From an uncultured Candidatus Rokubacteria bacterium (GTDB taxonomy: Bacteria; Methylomirabilota; Methylomirabilia; Rokubacteriales; DASRDR01): a DNA stretch of 64,000 nucleotides. A program made the position numbers and the translations under genes. The notes beneath the pieces were generated by a model. That model saw only the letters and a program-made list of their open reading frames with translations. It made no database searches and had not been told where the DNA came from. The number at the start of each line of letters is the position of its first letter. Within the stretch, counting starts at the first letter, position 1. This document shows positions 62,969 through 64,000 of the stretch, in pieces. The DNA lies in contig CAVPSB010000034.1 of NCBI GenBank assembly GCA_963708025.1, positions 96,001 through 160,000 of the forward strand, written 5' to 3'.

Positions 62969-63369
62969 CGCTCCGACTTCGCTGACCGGCGGCCGCGCGT
63001 CCCCTCGGGCGCGCGGCCGTTCGCGTCCTTGCGTGCCTGGATCGGTCCGCGTGCCTTGACCGGCCCGGAGGCTCGTGCTACCAAGTCCCTCGTGACGGGG
63101 ACGGCGGGGTCCGAGCCGTGGCGGCGCACCGGCGAGCTCGTCCGCGCCTTCAGCCGGAACTGGGACCTGTCGGGGCGGGCCGCGGAATTCGGCTCGTTCG
63201 ACTGGCCGGGCCCCTGACCGCCGGTCTCTCGGGCACCGCCCCTTCCGGCCCCCCCCTCCCCCCCGGTGGCTGCCGGAAGGACGGGACGTCGCGAGGGCCC
63301 GCAGGCCCGAGTCGTCCCGGGGATCCGGTCAAACGGAGGGGGGTTGGGGGGTAGGCGGGAGGTCCCGAA

Positions 63370-64000
63370 GTGACCACCGAGCGGACGCTCGAGGCGGCGC
63401 TGGAGGCGGCGAAGGCGGGCGGCGCCCTCGCCCTCCGGTACTTCGCCGGCGACTTCCAGGTCACCCTCAAGCCGGACCAGACGCCGGTGACGGAGGCCGA
63501 CCGCGAGGCGGAGCAGGCGATCGTCGGGCGTCTGCAGGCGGCCTTCCCCGAGATCGGGATCCTCGGCGAGGAGTACGGGGCCCAGGGCGCCCAGGGACGC
63601 CGCTGGATCATCGATCCGATCGACGGGACCAAGAACTTCATTCGTGGCATCCCGTACTGGGCGACGCTCATCGCGCTCGAGGAGGACGGGGAGGTGACCC
63701 TCGGCGTGGTGCACGCCCCGGCCACCGGGGATCTCCTGTGGGCGCAGCGAGGGGCCGGCGCCTTTGCCAACGGCCGGCCGCTCCGCGTGTCAACGATCGA
63801 CCGGCTGGCCGAGGCGACCCTGCTCCACTCGGGGCTGAGCTATCTCCGGCGCGTCCCGCCGTACTGGGACGGCTTCCTCCGGCTGGTGGACCGGAGCGGC
63901 CGCCAGCGGGGCTTCGGCGACTACCTCGGCTACACCTTCGTCCTGCGCGGCCAGGCGGAGCTGATGCTGGAGGCCGACCTCAAGCCCTGGGACCTGGCTC
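63370..64000 (+). CDS. Inositol monophosphatase family (HisN-like), runs off window
   Basis: KPDQTPVTEADREAE, ILGEE, WIIDPIDGTKNF, RGFGD, LKPWDLA. Confidence 0.9.
   Translation, partial: MTTERTLEAALEAAKAGGALALRYFAGDFQVTLKPDQTPVTEADREAEQAIVGRLQAAFPEIGILGEEYGAQGAQGRRWIIDPIDGTKNFIRGIPYWATLIALEEDGEVTLGVVHAPATGDLLWAQRGAGAFANGRPLRVSTIDRLAEATLLHSGLSYLRRVPPYWDGFLRLVDRSGRQRGFGDYLGYTFVLRGQAELMLEADLKPWDLA

Overview
High-GC bacterial window, densely coding, with no rRNA, tRNA, CRISPR array or recognisable transposase. Gene content (liv-type ABC transporter, Sox-like cluster, A-family oxidase, YdbH system) fits a diderm soil/sediment bacterium such as Candidatus Rokubacteria; this is inference only. Many otherwise intact genes carry single-base frameshifts, most likely long-read errors. 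Main blocks: CopA; a liv operon interrupted by a glycosyltransferase and a methyltransferase; a PilT ATPase fused to a class III nucleotidyl-cyclase-like domain; a molybdoenzyme/flavocytochrome c/SoxX-SoxY paralog-SoxZ-SoxA cluster lacking soxB/CD; a cobalamin riboswitch with its own sigma70 promoter heading a lipid-modification operon (split CFA-type methyltransferase, geranylgeranyl-reductase-like flavoprotein, desaturase, tandem YjbQ-like protein); an Rrf2-led cytochrome c oxidase operon; a MacAB-like ABC exporter; a B12-binding radical SAM enzyme; YdbH/YnbE-YdbL; and a REP-like hairpin repeatedly placed 3-5 nt after stop codons. Best candidates for an undescribed system: the B12-riboswitch lipid operon and the PilT-cyclase fusion.
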